Below, one piece after another: positions 37,944 to 46,183 of a stretch of DNA of 64,000 bases. This stretch comes from Thermoleophilia bacterium (GTDB lineage: Bacteria; Actinomycetota; Thermoleophilia; Gaiellales; F1-60-MAGs149), in NCBI GenBank assembly GCA_037133755.1, contig JBAXNN010000001.1:148838-212837 (forward strand), given 5' to 3'. Numbering within the stretch: position 1 is the stretch's first letter; every line of letters begins with the position of its first letter. The notes under the pieces were generated by a model that saw only the letters and a list, made by a program, of their open reading frames with translations, made no database searches and was not told where the DNA came from. Both the position numbers and the translations under genes were made by a program.

Positions 37944-38828
37944 TTACGACCGGTCGTACGTGAACGGACCGTGGAGCGGGCTGGGGGTACTCACCGGCGT
38001 GAGCTGCAGCACATCCATGTCCGCATTGGCCCTATTTGCCCACATCCACCTGCCGCTAGCGCTGTTCGTGCAGACGACCGGATCGCTCAGATGGGATGGG
38101 TCTGAGTCGTATCCGGACACCGGGTGGCCAGCGACGTGATGGACCGTCGTGCCGCTCACTCTGTAACTCTGACGATCATTGTAGTCAGCCCGAAGACCGT
38201 CGCCGACACGCTCGGCGGGGAATTCCCCGGAGGCGGTCTTTTGGACGTACGCGGGACCGGAGCAGTCATCAGAGAGAAAGAAAATGACCTCCCGAACAAT
38301 TCTGAACCCCTGCGAGCCATCCGAAACGACAAGCAACGTGTCGCCATTCACGGTGCGGTAGAAGGAGCTGACCGCGCCGGTCCAAGGATTGGCATCGGGT
38401 GCCGGTAGGGGCAACACACCGCTGACCACATTGCCATCCGCATCGCGGATCGTTACGCCACCGCCACCACCGGAGCTGCTGCCGGCCGGACCGGCAGGGC
38501 CCTGAGCGCCGGTCGCACCCTTGGGGCCGGCGGGACCCGCCGGACCCTGCGCGCCGTCCTTGCCGTCGAGCCCGTTCATCGCGCCCTTGCTGAGGTCGGA
38601 GACCTGGATGGAACCGGCCTTGATGTCGTCGCCGCCGATCGCGCCGTTGGCGATGTCGTCCGAGCTGACGGCACCATCCTTGATGTCGGACGACTGCACC
38701 GCACCGTCCTTGATCTGCGCGGAGCCGACCGAGTTGGGCGCCAGGGCGACGGCGGCGTAGCCCGTCCCTCCCAGCGCAACGAATAGTGCGAGTGTGGCGA
38801 TAACGGTCGCCGCCGAAGGCTTCTTCAT
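37944..38828 (-). CDS. Secreted collagen-like repeat protein (CLP2)
   Basis: 294 aa. The first 53 aa are almost identical to CLP1 (2 substitutions). The G-X-Y tract is GKDGAQGPAGPAGPKGATGAQGPAGPAG (DNA about 38475-38567). The C-terminal domain is divergent. Confidence 0.8.
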   Translation of the reverse strand: MKKPSAATVIATLALFVALGGTGYAAVALAPNSVGSAQIKDGAVQSSDIKDGAVSSDDIANGAIGGDDIKAGSIQVSDLSKGAMNGLDGKDGAQGPAGPAGPKGATGAQGPAGPAGSSSGGGGGVTIRDADGNVVSGVLPLPAPDANPWTGAVSSFYRTVNGDTLLVVSDGSQGFRIVREVIFFLSDDCSGPAYVQKTASGEFPAERVGDGLRADYNDRQSYRVSGTTVHHVAGHPVSGYDSDPSHLSDPVVCTNSASGRWMWANRANADMDVLQLTPVSTPSPLHGPFTYDRS

Positions 38829-38868
38829 GCGTCCACGCTATGCCAGCCCGCAGGGCGGTTCATCGTCG

Positions 38869-38918
38869 TGTGAGGATTCCCGTAGGTGGTTTCCCACAAC
38901 TGTCGTGTTTACCGTAGA
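38869..38918. promoter_or_regulatory. Cassette-4 repeats (one good site plus a degenerate upstream copy)
   Basis: tgtcgtgtttaccgtaga lies at 38901-38918. The copy 32 bp upstream (38869-38886) conserves only the 3' half (t.ccgtag). Confidence 0.4.
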
Positions 38919-38929
38919 CGGCGGTGAAC

Positions 38930-38935
38930 TACACT
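38930..38935 (+). promoter_or_regulatory. Candidate -10 box TACACT for RR4
   Basis: The hexamer end is 10 nt before the ATG at 38945. Confidence 0.45.
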
Positions 38936-38944
38936 CGCCACACG

Positions 38945-39592
38945 ATGCTCCGCGTGCTCCTGCTCGAGGACGAAACCCTGCTGCGCCTCACCCTCGCGTC
39001 GACGCTGCCCGACGAGACGATGACCGTCGTCGGCGCGTTCGAGGACGCCAAGAGCGCGGTCGCCGCGGCCGCCGAGACGCCGTTCGACGTGCTCGTCACC
39101 GACCTCAACCTCACCACCGGCTCGGGGCCGAATGGCATCGCCGTCGCCACGGTGGTGCGCCGTCGGTTTCCCGAGGTGGGCATCGTGCTGCTCACCTCCT
39201 ATGCCGATCCCCGTCTCGTCGGCGCGAAGCTCTCGCAGGTGCCCGACCGCACCGAGTACATGCGCAAGCAGGACGTCCGCGACATCGAGATGCTGCGCTC
39301 GGTGATCCGCCGCGCCGCCTTCGGCTCGGTCGATCGCCTGACCGACCTGCCGGCCGTCGACCTAACCGATGTGCAGATCGAGACGATGCGGCTGATCGCA
39401 CAGGGGCTCAACAACGCGGAGATCGCGCGCCAGCGCGTCGTGACGGAGCGCGCCGTCGAGCAGTCGATCAACCGGATCGTGCGCAGTCTCGGCTATGACA
39501 ACGACTCGAGCCTCAACCGGCGGGCGCTGATCATCCGCGCGTACTACGAGCTGACCGGTAGCGGCAATGCCCCTAACGCGACCTCGTCCTAG
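38945..39592 (+). CDS. Response regulator, receiver plus LuxR/NarL-type HTH (RR4)
   Basis: I prefer the ATG at 38945 (MLRVLLLEDETLL) over the track GTG at 38924, by paralog alignment. HTH is LTDVQIETMRLIAQGLNNAEIARQRVVTERAVEQSINRIVRSLG. Confidence 0.9.
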   Translation: MLRVLLLEDETLLRLTLASTLPDETMTVVGAFEDAKSAVAAAAETPFDVLVTDLNLTTGSGPNGIAVATVVRRRFPEVGIVLLTSYADPRLVGAKLSQVPDRTEYMRKQDVRDIEMLRSVIRRAAFGSVDRLTDLPAVDLTDVQIETMRLIAQGLNNAEIARQRVVTERAVEQSINRIVRSLGYDNDSSLNRRALIIRAYYELTGSGNAPNATSS

Positions 39593-41279
39593 CACCCGCG
39601 CCCTACTGGGCGGGCGCTGGGCGATGTCGATCCGCGCGTGGGTGATCGGCTCGGTGATCGTGCTCGTCGCGCCGCTCATCTGGCTGCGGGCACTGCCGGA
39701 GATGACGACCGGAGAGCTCCTGCAGATCACGATCGCCCAGTGGCTGGCGATCTCGGTGCTGGCGCTGGCGAGCAACTTCACGATCTTCCGTCGCCGCCGC
39801 GTCGAGCCGGTGGCGCTCGGGTGGGTCGTCGGGTTCGCGGTCGTGCTGGGGTTCTCCCGCGTCGTTGTCGTCTTCGCCGTGCAACGCGTCCAGCCCGGGC
39901 CGCCGCTGACGTTGCCGGAGCTGCTCAACGTGGCAATCGCGAGCGTCCCCGCCACGGTCGTCGCCTATCTGCTGACCGTCTACCTCCTCGCCATCACGGA
40001 CTGGTATGCGACCGAACGCGAGCGTCTGCTCCGGGCGGACCTCGAGGCGGAGGCCGCCCGACTGCGCGCGATCGGCGCCCTCGACGCGACCCGTACGGTC
40101 GTGACGACCCGGATCCGCGAGAACCTCGAGAATCAACTGGCCGGACTCGACGCCGCCTCCGCGAGCGAGCACCTCGAACTCTCGGACAGGGTGCTCGATG
40201 CCGCCGAGTACGTACGCCCCGAGAGCCAGGCGCTCTGGTCGGAGCAGCAGTCGCCGTCGCGGCGCGGGAGCCTGCGCGACCTCGAGCGCGCCAGTCTCGC
40301 AGCGCCGCTCCCGCTTCTCGTGCCCTACGCGCTGTGGATCGCCAGCGCTGTGCCGTTCACCGCCATCCGCGCAGGCCTGACGCACACGCTCCTCGCCGCG
40401 GCTGCCGTGCTCGCCGGCATGGTGATCGCCTACCCGGTAGGTCGTCGCGCGATTCGCCGTTTCGCACCCGCGCCGCACTTCGCCCGTGCCCGGCTGCTCA
40501 CGCTCGTGACCATGCTGATCGCCAGCCTCCCCGTGCTCGAGCTCAGCCGCCACCTCAACGGCGGTGACGCCCAGACCGTCAGCACCCAGCGCGCGTTGGT
40601 GAGCATCGGGATGATCGTCGCGTTCACGATCATCGCCAGCTGGGTGCAGGCGGGCCTGCGCGCACAAGGCGAGCGCCTGCGAGAGCTGCGCTCGCACGCC
40701 GAGGAGGCCGACTTCCAGCGGCTCGCGCTGCAGGCGGCGACCGAGCAGATGCAACGCGACCTCGCGCTCTATCTCCACAGCACGGTCCAGGCCGGTCTCG
40801 TCGCCTCGGCCTACGCGATGCAGGATGCGGCCGCACGCGGCGATGACAGCGCGCTCGAGCAGGCGATCATCGAGGCACGCATCGCCGCCGCCCGCGTCGG
40901 TGAGCACGCACCAGCGCCCGCCGAGCGCGAGCTGTCCGCGATGCGCGCGTCGATCGACGAGACGTGGCAGGGCCTGCTCGAGGTCGACTGGACGCTACCC
41001 ACGGGCGCGCTCGAAGCGCAGCAGCTGGAGCGCGTCAGCAACGTCGTCCAGGAGTGCCTCGCCAACGCGTTGATCCACGGCGCCGCATCGGAAGCGACCG
41101 TGCGCATCCGCATCGAGGACGACAGCGCGATCGTGGAGCTCACCGACAACGGCCGCGGCGTCGGCGACGGCAAGCCCGGCCTCGGCAGCGCCGTCTTCAA
41201 CGAGGCCACGGGCGGCCAGTGGACGATCGCGTCGGTGCCGACCGGTGGCGCGCAGGTGCGCGCCGTCGTGCCGGTCTAG
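39567..41279 (+). CDS. Membrane sensor histidine kinase paralog (HK4)
   Basis: The ATG at 39567 overlaps RR4 by 26 nt. Has the H-box LALYLHSTVQAGL and HATPase motifs (ECLANALIHG, DNGRG, GLGSAVF). Confidence 0.8.
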   Translation: MPLTRPRPSTRALLGGRWAMSIRAWVIGSVIVLVAPLIWLRALPEMTTGELLQITIAQWLAISVLALASNFTIFRRRRVEPVALGWVVGFAVVLGFSRVVVVFAVQRVQPGPPLTLPELLNVAIASVPATVVAYLLTVYLLAITDWYATERERLLRADLEAEAARLRAIGALDATRTVVTTRIRENLENQLAGLDAASASEHLELSDRVLDAAEYVRPESQALWSEQQSPSRRGSLRDLERASLAAPLPLLVPYALWIASAVPFTAIRAGLTHTLLAAAAVLAGMVIAYPVGRRAIRRFAPAPHFARARLLTLVTMLIASLPVLELSRHLNGGDAQTVSTQRALVSIGMIVAFTIIASWVQAGLRAQGERLRELRSHAEEADFQRLALQAATEQMQRDLALYLHSTVQAGLVASAYAMQDAAARGDDSALEQAIIEARIAAARVGEHAPAPAERELSAMRASIDETWQGLLEVDWTLPTGALEAQQLERVSNVVQECLANALIHGAASEATVRIRIEDDSAIVELTDNGRGVGDGKPGLGSAVFNEATGGQWTIASVPTGGAQVRAVVPV

Positions 41280-42103
41280 CCCAGGAAGTCGAGTTGCACG
41301 GGGCTCGGCAGCAGGCCGGCCTCCGCACCGCGCTCGAGCAAGGCGGCGACGGCCTTGCGACCCTGCTCGCCGTAATCGAGCGTGAGGTCGTTCACGTACA
41401 TCGCAACGAAGCGGTCGTTGAGCTCCGGCGCGATGCCGCGGCCGTACTCGATCGCGTAGGCCAGGGCTTCCTCGCGGTGCTCGAGGCCCACGGCCACGGC
41501 CTCCTTGAGAACGGCGGAGAGATCGAGCGCGCGGTCCTCCGGCACGTCGCGACGCATCGCGACCGCACCAAGCGGCAGGGGCATGCCGGTCTCGCCCTCC
41601 CACCACGCGCCGAGATCGAGCACGCGCTTGAAACCCTCCTGCTCCCACGTCAGCTGGCCCTCGTGGATCACCACGCCGGCTGCGACGTCGCCCGAGGCGA
41701 CGGCGTCCATGATCGCCTCGAAGTCGAGCTGCACCGGCTCGAAGGTCGGTAGCGCCAGACGGGCGGTGAGGAAGGCGGTGGTCTGCGGACCGGGGACGGC
41801 GACGCGCTTGCCAGCGAGGTCGGCCGGCACGAGGTCGGTCTTGGCGACGACGACCGGGCCGTAGCCCTCGCCGAGCGAGGCGCCGTGGCCGAGCAGGCGG
41901 TACACGTCCTGCACACCCGGGTACGCGCCGACGGACATGGCGGTCGCCTCGAGGCGACCTTCACCCGCCCACACGTTGAGCGTCTGGATATCGGCCGGCA
42001 CGAGCTCGATCTCGAAGCCGCGCAGGTCGAGCGCGCGCTCGGCAATCGCCCACACCATGAAGGCGTCATCGGGATCCGGGCTATGTCCGACGCGTACGTG
42101 CAC
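41276..42103 (-). CDS. MqnA/MqnD/SBP-fold family protein (futalosine-pathway-like)
   Basis: 275 aa starting MHVRVGHSPDPDDAFMVWAI, as in the VitK2-biosynthesis (MqnA/MqnD) family. The assignment is from memory of that N-terminal motif. Confidence 0.55.
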   Translation of the reverse strand: MHVRVGHSPDPDDAFMVWAIAERALDLRGFEIELVPADIQTLNVWAGEGRLEATAMSVGAYPGVQDVYRLLGHGASLGEGYGPVVVAKTDLVPADLAGKRVAVPGPQTTAFLTARLALPTFEPVQLDFEAIMDAVASGDVAAGVVIHEGQLTWEQEGFKRVLDLGAWWEGETGMPLPLGAVAMRRDVPEDRALDLSAVLKEAVAVGLEHREEALAYAIEYGRGIAPELNDRFVAMYVNDLTLDYGEQGRKAVAALLERGAEAGLLPSPVQLDFLG

Positions 42104-42199
42104 GAGGTCTCCAGCGGTCGATGTGGTGCGAGCCTACCAATGGTCTGTTTCGCCCACGCCGTGCGCATGGACGGGTAGCGCTGGGCTAGGCTTTCGGCA

Positions 42200-42442
42200 A
42201 TGAGCGATCACGACGTCATCCCGCCCAGCCCCCAGCACCGCGACGAGGAGATCCTGCAGCACGTGCTGCGCGAGGTCCACGCCGGCCGGCCGCTCGATCA
42301 GGTTATGCAGGACCACTACGTCGTCGAGCGCCAAGAGGCCGGCTCGCACGAGAAGGTGCTGGACCATCCTGAGGTCGCCGAAGTCGTCGGCGACGAGATC
42401 ATCGCGCAGATGCGCGCGATGCTCGACGGCCTCGAGTCCTAG
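42200..42442 (+). CDS. Small acidic hypothetical protein
   Basis: 80-aa ORF with an ATG start, high GC3 and protein-like composition. I recognise no family. Confidence 0.5.
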   Translation: MSDHDVIPPSPQHRDEEILQHVLREVHAGRPLDQVMQDHYVVERQEAGSHEKVLDHPEVAEVVGDEIIAQMRAMLDGLES

Positions 42443-43314
42443 AGCGCGGCACGCGCCAGGGCGAGCAGCCCCGGCGTCGAATCGATCAGCTTCGCGACGA
42501 CGAGATCGTCGGGCTTCACGCGCGCATCGACCGCGCCGGTGATGACGTCGCGCAGCGGCGTGACCTCCTGCCAGTCGAGGTGGCCCTCCTCGACGCACTC
42601 GCGCAGGTCGTCGGCGATCACGCGCGCCACCATCGGCGCATCGCACGTGACGAAGGCGGCGTCGGCGAGCAGGCGGTAGTCGAGCTCGCGGCGGCCGCGA
42701 CGGTCGGCACCCAAGGCGAGGATGGAGGCACCCGGCGCGACCCAGTCGGCGCGCAGCGCCGGGTCGCGGGCATTGGTGGCCGTCACGATGAGTGACGCAT
42801 CGCGCACGGCGGTGGCGGCATCTCCCACGATCTTGCCGAGCGCCGCGGCCTCGGCGGCGGCGGCCGGGTCGGGGTCGTGGATCGTGATCTTCGCGAGATC
42901 GAGCGCCTGGCCGAGCTCCTCGATCGTGCGCCGCGCCAGCGGGCCAGCGCCAAGCACGCCCAGCGTGACCGGCCCCTCCCCCATCAGCCGCGGGGCGAGC
43001 AGGCCGGCGGTCGCGGCGACGGCGGCGACTGCTGGTGTGTCTGTGCGGAAGGCGCCGATCGTCGCACCCTCCGGATCGATGATCGTGCACGTGCGCGACG
43101 ACGAGCGGCGCCCGCCGGCGGTGATGAGCACCGCGCGATAGCCGTCGGCGTCGATCGTGGTCGTGACGCCCGTCCAGCCGTCGCCACGCAGCATCACCTG
43201 CGGCGCGGGCAGGTCGTCGAAGTCGTCGGGCTCCACACGCAGCGCGGCATCGATGATCGTGCGCACCTGCGCGGGCTTGAGCCGCGCGATTGCCTTCTGC
43301 AGATCGACGGCCAC
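42439..43314 (-). CDS. Ornithine cyclodeaminase/mu-crystallin family NAD-binding protein
   Basis: Has the Rossmann motif LGVLGAGPLARRTIEEL and family-like TATNARDP...PGASILALGAD. I propose the GTG at 43314 (VAVDLQKAI...), because the track's upstream 32 aa are Arg/Gly-rich. The start is uncertain. Confidence 0.6.
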   Translation of the reverse strand: MAVDLQKAIARLKPAQVRTIIDAALRVEPDDFDDLPAPQVMLRGDGWTGVTTTIDADGYRAVLITAGGRRSSSRTCTIIDPEGATIGAFRTDTPAVAAVAATAGLLAPRLMGEGPVTLGVLGAGPLARRTIEELGQALDLAKITIHDPDPAAAAEAAALGKIVGDAATAVRDASLIVTATNARDPALRADWVAPGASILALGADRRGRRELDYRLLADAAFVTCDAPMVARVIADDLRECVEEGHLDWQEVTPLRDVITGAVDARVKPDDLVVAKLIDSTPGLLALARAAL

Positions 43315-43316
43315 CG

Positions 43317-43715
43317 CTACTCCATCGCGCGATGCAGGGCGACCACGGCAAGGGCCTCGACCGCCAACACCGCATCGCCGCGCAGATCCTCGACGACCGC
43401 AGCGGTGCACGGGCAGGTGTTGGGCACCACGCCGGCGAGCTCGGCGAGCGCACCCTGCAACGCATCGCCGTAGCCGTCTTCCATCAGGCCCGACGCCGTC
43501 TCCAGCGCGGCGCGCGAACCCGCATCCGACGACTCCTTGGGGTTGCCCTCCGCCGCCGCAAGCAGCAGGCCGCGTCGCGTCACCGCGTTGAGTTCGTCCT
43601 CGTCGATCGCCAGCGCGTCGAAGACGAGGTCGATCAGCACGGGCGCAGCCGCAGCCGTGCGGTCTTCGGGAGCGAGACCGACGAGCGCCTCCTCGATGGC
43701 AAACAGCGCCTCCAT
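43317..43715 (-). CDS. Hypothetical protein
   Basis: I prefer the ATG at 43715 (MEALFAIEEALVGL...). The longer track ORF would run into palindromic repeat locus B. 132 aa, acidic and Ala-rich. Confidence 0.45.
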   Translation of the reverse strand: MEALFAIEEALVGLAPEDRTAAAAPVLIDLVFDALAIDEDELNAVTRRGLLLAAAEGNPKESSDAGSRAALETASGLMEDGYGDALQGALAELAGVVPNTCPCTAAVVEDLRGDAVLAVEALAVVALHRAME

Positions 43716-43820
43716 GCGGGGCAGCGTAGCCGGGTTCGGCTTGCGGATCTGCCTACGGCCTGCACGGCGATCTGAGCGTGGCAGGAGTGGCAGTGAAGGT
43801 GCTTCGGAGCGGTGATCCAG

Positions 43821-43930
43821 TGTGGATGCTCCAAAGGGGTCAGACCCGTATGGAGCATGTGCGCGGATCACGGCAAACCGATGACGCCACTAATGCTCCA
43901 TACGGGTCTGACCCCTTTGGAGCATCCACA
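43821..43930. repeat. Composite palindromic element (GGGGTCAGACC-core family), locus B
   Basis: Exactly reverse-complementary 38-bp arms: 43821-43858 (tgtggatgctccaaaggggtcagacccgtatggagcat) and 43893-43930. The spacer is 34 bp, the same length as at locus A. Confidence 0.85.
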
Positions 43931-43976
43931 CCTGACTGACGACCGGCTGCGTCGTTCTGGCTCAGAGGCTGAACGC

Positions 43977-44708
43977 CTAGCGAAGCCCGAGCGCGGTGCG
44001 CAGCGCGCGGGTCTGGCGGCGAGCCACCTCGAGCACCGTGCCGTTCTTGTCGGACAAGCGCACCTGCACGCGGCCCTCGCCGACCGGCTCGAGCGCCGCG
44101 ACGAGTGTGAGGTTGACGATCTGCGAGCGATGGATGCGCATGAACGTGCTGGGCAGCAGGTCTTCGAGCGCGCGGAGCGAGCGGGGCGAGCCAAGCACGC
44201 GGCCGTCGGCGAGGGCGATGCGCGAGCGGTCGCGGTCGGCCTCGGCGTACGCCACCTCGGCCGGGTCGACGAGCAGTGTCTCCTCGCCGTCGCCATCGAC
44301 GGGGATGCGCGCTTCCATGGCGGCGCCTGGCGCAGTGCCCGCGCGGATCGCCGCGACGCGGCGGACGGTGGTGAGCAGGCGGTCCTCGCGCACCGGCTTG
44401 AGCAGGTAGTCGACGGCCTCGACCGAGAACGCCTGGATCGCGCGATCGTCGTGCGCGGTGACGAACACGACGGTCGGGCGGTGCGGCAGATCGGCCAGCG
44501 TCTTGGCCAGCTCGATACCGCCCTTCCCCCCGGGCATGGAGATGTCGAGGAAGACAACGTCGTACGCCATGCGCTCGGCGAGCACGAGCGCCTCGCGCGC
44601 GCTCGCGGCCTCGCCCGCCACCTCGATGCCGTCGATGCCAGTGAGGAGATGACGCAACTCGCCGCGCGCCGGTGCCTCGTCGTCGACGATCAGCGCGAGC
44701 AGACTCAT
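43977..44708 (-). CDS. LytR/AlgR-family response regulator (receiver plus LytTR DNA-binding domain)
   Basis: 243 aa. Contains ALIVDDEAPAR, DVVFLDISMP, and the C-terminal LytTR region FMRIHRSQIVNL. Confidence 0.9.
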   Translation of the reverse strand: MSLLALIVDDEAPARGELRHLLTGIDGIEVAGEAASAREALVLAERMAYDVVFLDISMPGGKGGIELAKTLADLPHRPTVVFVTAHDDRAIQAFSVEAVDYLLKPVREDRLLTTVRRVAAIRAGTAPGAAMEARIPVDGDGEETLLVDPAEVAYAEADRDRSRIALADGRVLGSPRSLRALEDLLPSTFMRIHRSQIVNLTLVAALEPVGEGRVQVRLSDKNGTVLEVARRQTRALRTALGLR

Positions 44709-46105
44709 GCCGCCACCTCGACGTTGGCTGGCGGTTCAATCGGCACGAGGATGCTGATCGACGTGCCGAGCACCGGCGCGCTCGCGATGCGCAGCCGGCC
44801 TTCCTCGCCGTAGTACGCCTGAATGCGGCGGTGGACCGACGCGAGGCCGAGCCCTGCTGCGCCACTGCCGTAGCCCGGCTCGAGCACGCGCTCGGCATCT
44901 TCTTGTGCGATGCCGCGCCCGTTGTCGCGCACGATCACGCGCAGGCGACCGAAGCGCACGTCGGCGCGCACCACCACGCGCAGCGGCTGGTCGGTCTTGC
45001 CGTGCTTGATCGCGTTCTCGACGAGCGGCTGCACGAGGAACGGCGGCACCATCACCTCGTTGGCGGCTGCGCTGATACGGCGGTCGATCACGAGCGCCTG
45101 GCCGAAGCGCGCCTGCTCGAGCTCGAGGTACGCCTCGACGTGACGCATCTCGTCGGCGAACGAGACGAACTGCGACGGCTGGCGCAGCGTCGAACGGCAG
45201 TACTCGGCGAACGTGGTGATCAGGTGCCGCGCCTCGTCGGGCTGCGTGCGGATGAACGCGGCGATCGTGTTGAGCGCGTTGAAGAGGAAGTGCGGCTCGA
45301 TCTGCGCCTGCAGCGCCGCGAGCTCGGCGGAGGCGCTGGCACGGGCGTGCACCTCGACCTCGCCGGCGGCGAGCGCGTTCGAGACGAGGCCGCACAGCGA
45401 CTCCATGACCGCGCGCTCCTGGTCGGAGATCTCGAGCGCACCCTCGGAGAACGCGATGATCGAGCCGACGGCGCGGCCGCGCACGATCAGCGGGCCGACG
45501 ACGGCCGAGCGCAGCGGGCACGTCGAGGTGCAGCCATGGCGCCAGCCCGCGGGCAGACGCGCGACGCGCTCCTCGTCCATCGCCTGCACCGCGCCGGGCG
45601 GAGCGGCCGTGCCCGCGCCGTGGTGGTCGGCGGCCAGGCCAACGTGCGCGAGCACCTGGCCGCGATCCGACACCGCGAGGGCGGCGTACCCAAGCCGCTC
45701 CTGAGCCTCACGGGCCAGCAACTGAGCAGCCGCAGGCGTGAGCCCCTCACGCAGCACCGGCGTGGTGATCGCCACGATCTCGAGAATCGCCGCGGCCGGA
45801 CCACCGCCCAGCACGCTGCCATCGCGCATCGACGAGCGCACCAGACCGAGGAAGAGCACGAGCAGAAAGGTCGTGATCGCGACGACAGGCACGACGGCCA
45901 CGGCGCGGACGTCCCAGCGCGAGAACGCCTCGAGCGCGAGTCCAACGAGGCCGGCCTGAAAGAGGCCGATGATCGCCGCCGCCAGCATCGGCCCGCGCAA
46001 ATCGGCCCAATGGCGGCGCCCGGCGCGCGCCGAACGGCCCCGCTGGCTCGAGATCCACGTAAACGGCGCGTCGCGCCGCTGCTCGTCGGGGTCGGGAAGC
46101 TCCAC
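44705..46105 (-). CDS. LytS/YehU-type sensor histidine kinase
   Basis: The C-terminal part of track ORF 44705..47857 has PHFLFNALNTIAAFI (His_kinase H-box), QPLVENAIKHG and DNGRGI. Possible starts are GTG 46105 or ATG 45988. The stop overlaps the regulator start (ATGA). Confidence 0.8.
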   Translation of the reverse strand: MELPDPDEQRRDAPFTWISSQRGRSARAGRRHWADLRGPMLAAAIIGLFQAGLVGLALEAFSRWDVRAVAVVPVVAITTFLLVLFLGLVRSSMRDGSVLGGGPAAAILEIVAITTPVLREGLTPAAAQLLAREAQERLGYAALAVSDRGQVLAHVGLAADHHGAGTAAPPGAVQAMDEERVARLPAGWRHGCTSTCPLRSAVVGPLIVRGRAVGSIIAFSEGALEISDQERAVMESLCGLVSNALAAGEVEVHARASASAELAALQAQIEPHFLFNALNTIAAFIRTQPDEARHLITTFAEYCRSTLRQPSQFVSFADEMRHVEAYLELEQARFGQALVIDRRISAAANEVMVPPFLVQPLVENAIKHGKTDQPLRVVVRADVRFGRLRVIVRDNGRGIAQEDAERVLEPGYGSGAAGLGLASVHRRIQAYYGEEGRLRIASAPVLGTSISILVPIEPPANVEVAA

Positions 46106-46183
46106 TGCGCTTGATGCTACCCGGGTGCGAGCGGGATCGCAGTGGGGGACGCAGACGACGGGTATCATGGGCTGCCGGTAGCA

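Noticed and set aside
20677-41279. The paralog array as a mobile or genomic island
   Set aside because: I found no integrase, transposase, tRNA flank or terminal repeats. GC content and codon style look the same as the flanking housekeeping genes. Tandem duplication and divergence is the simpler explanation.
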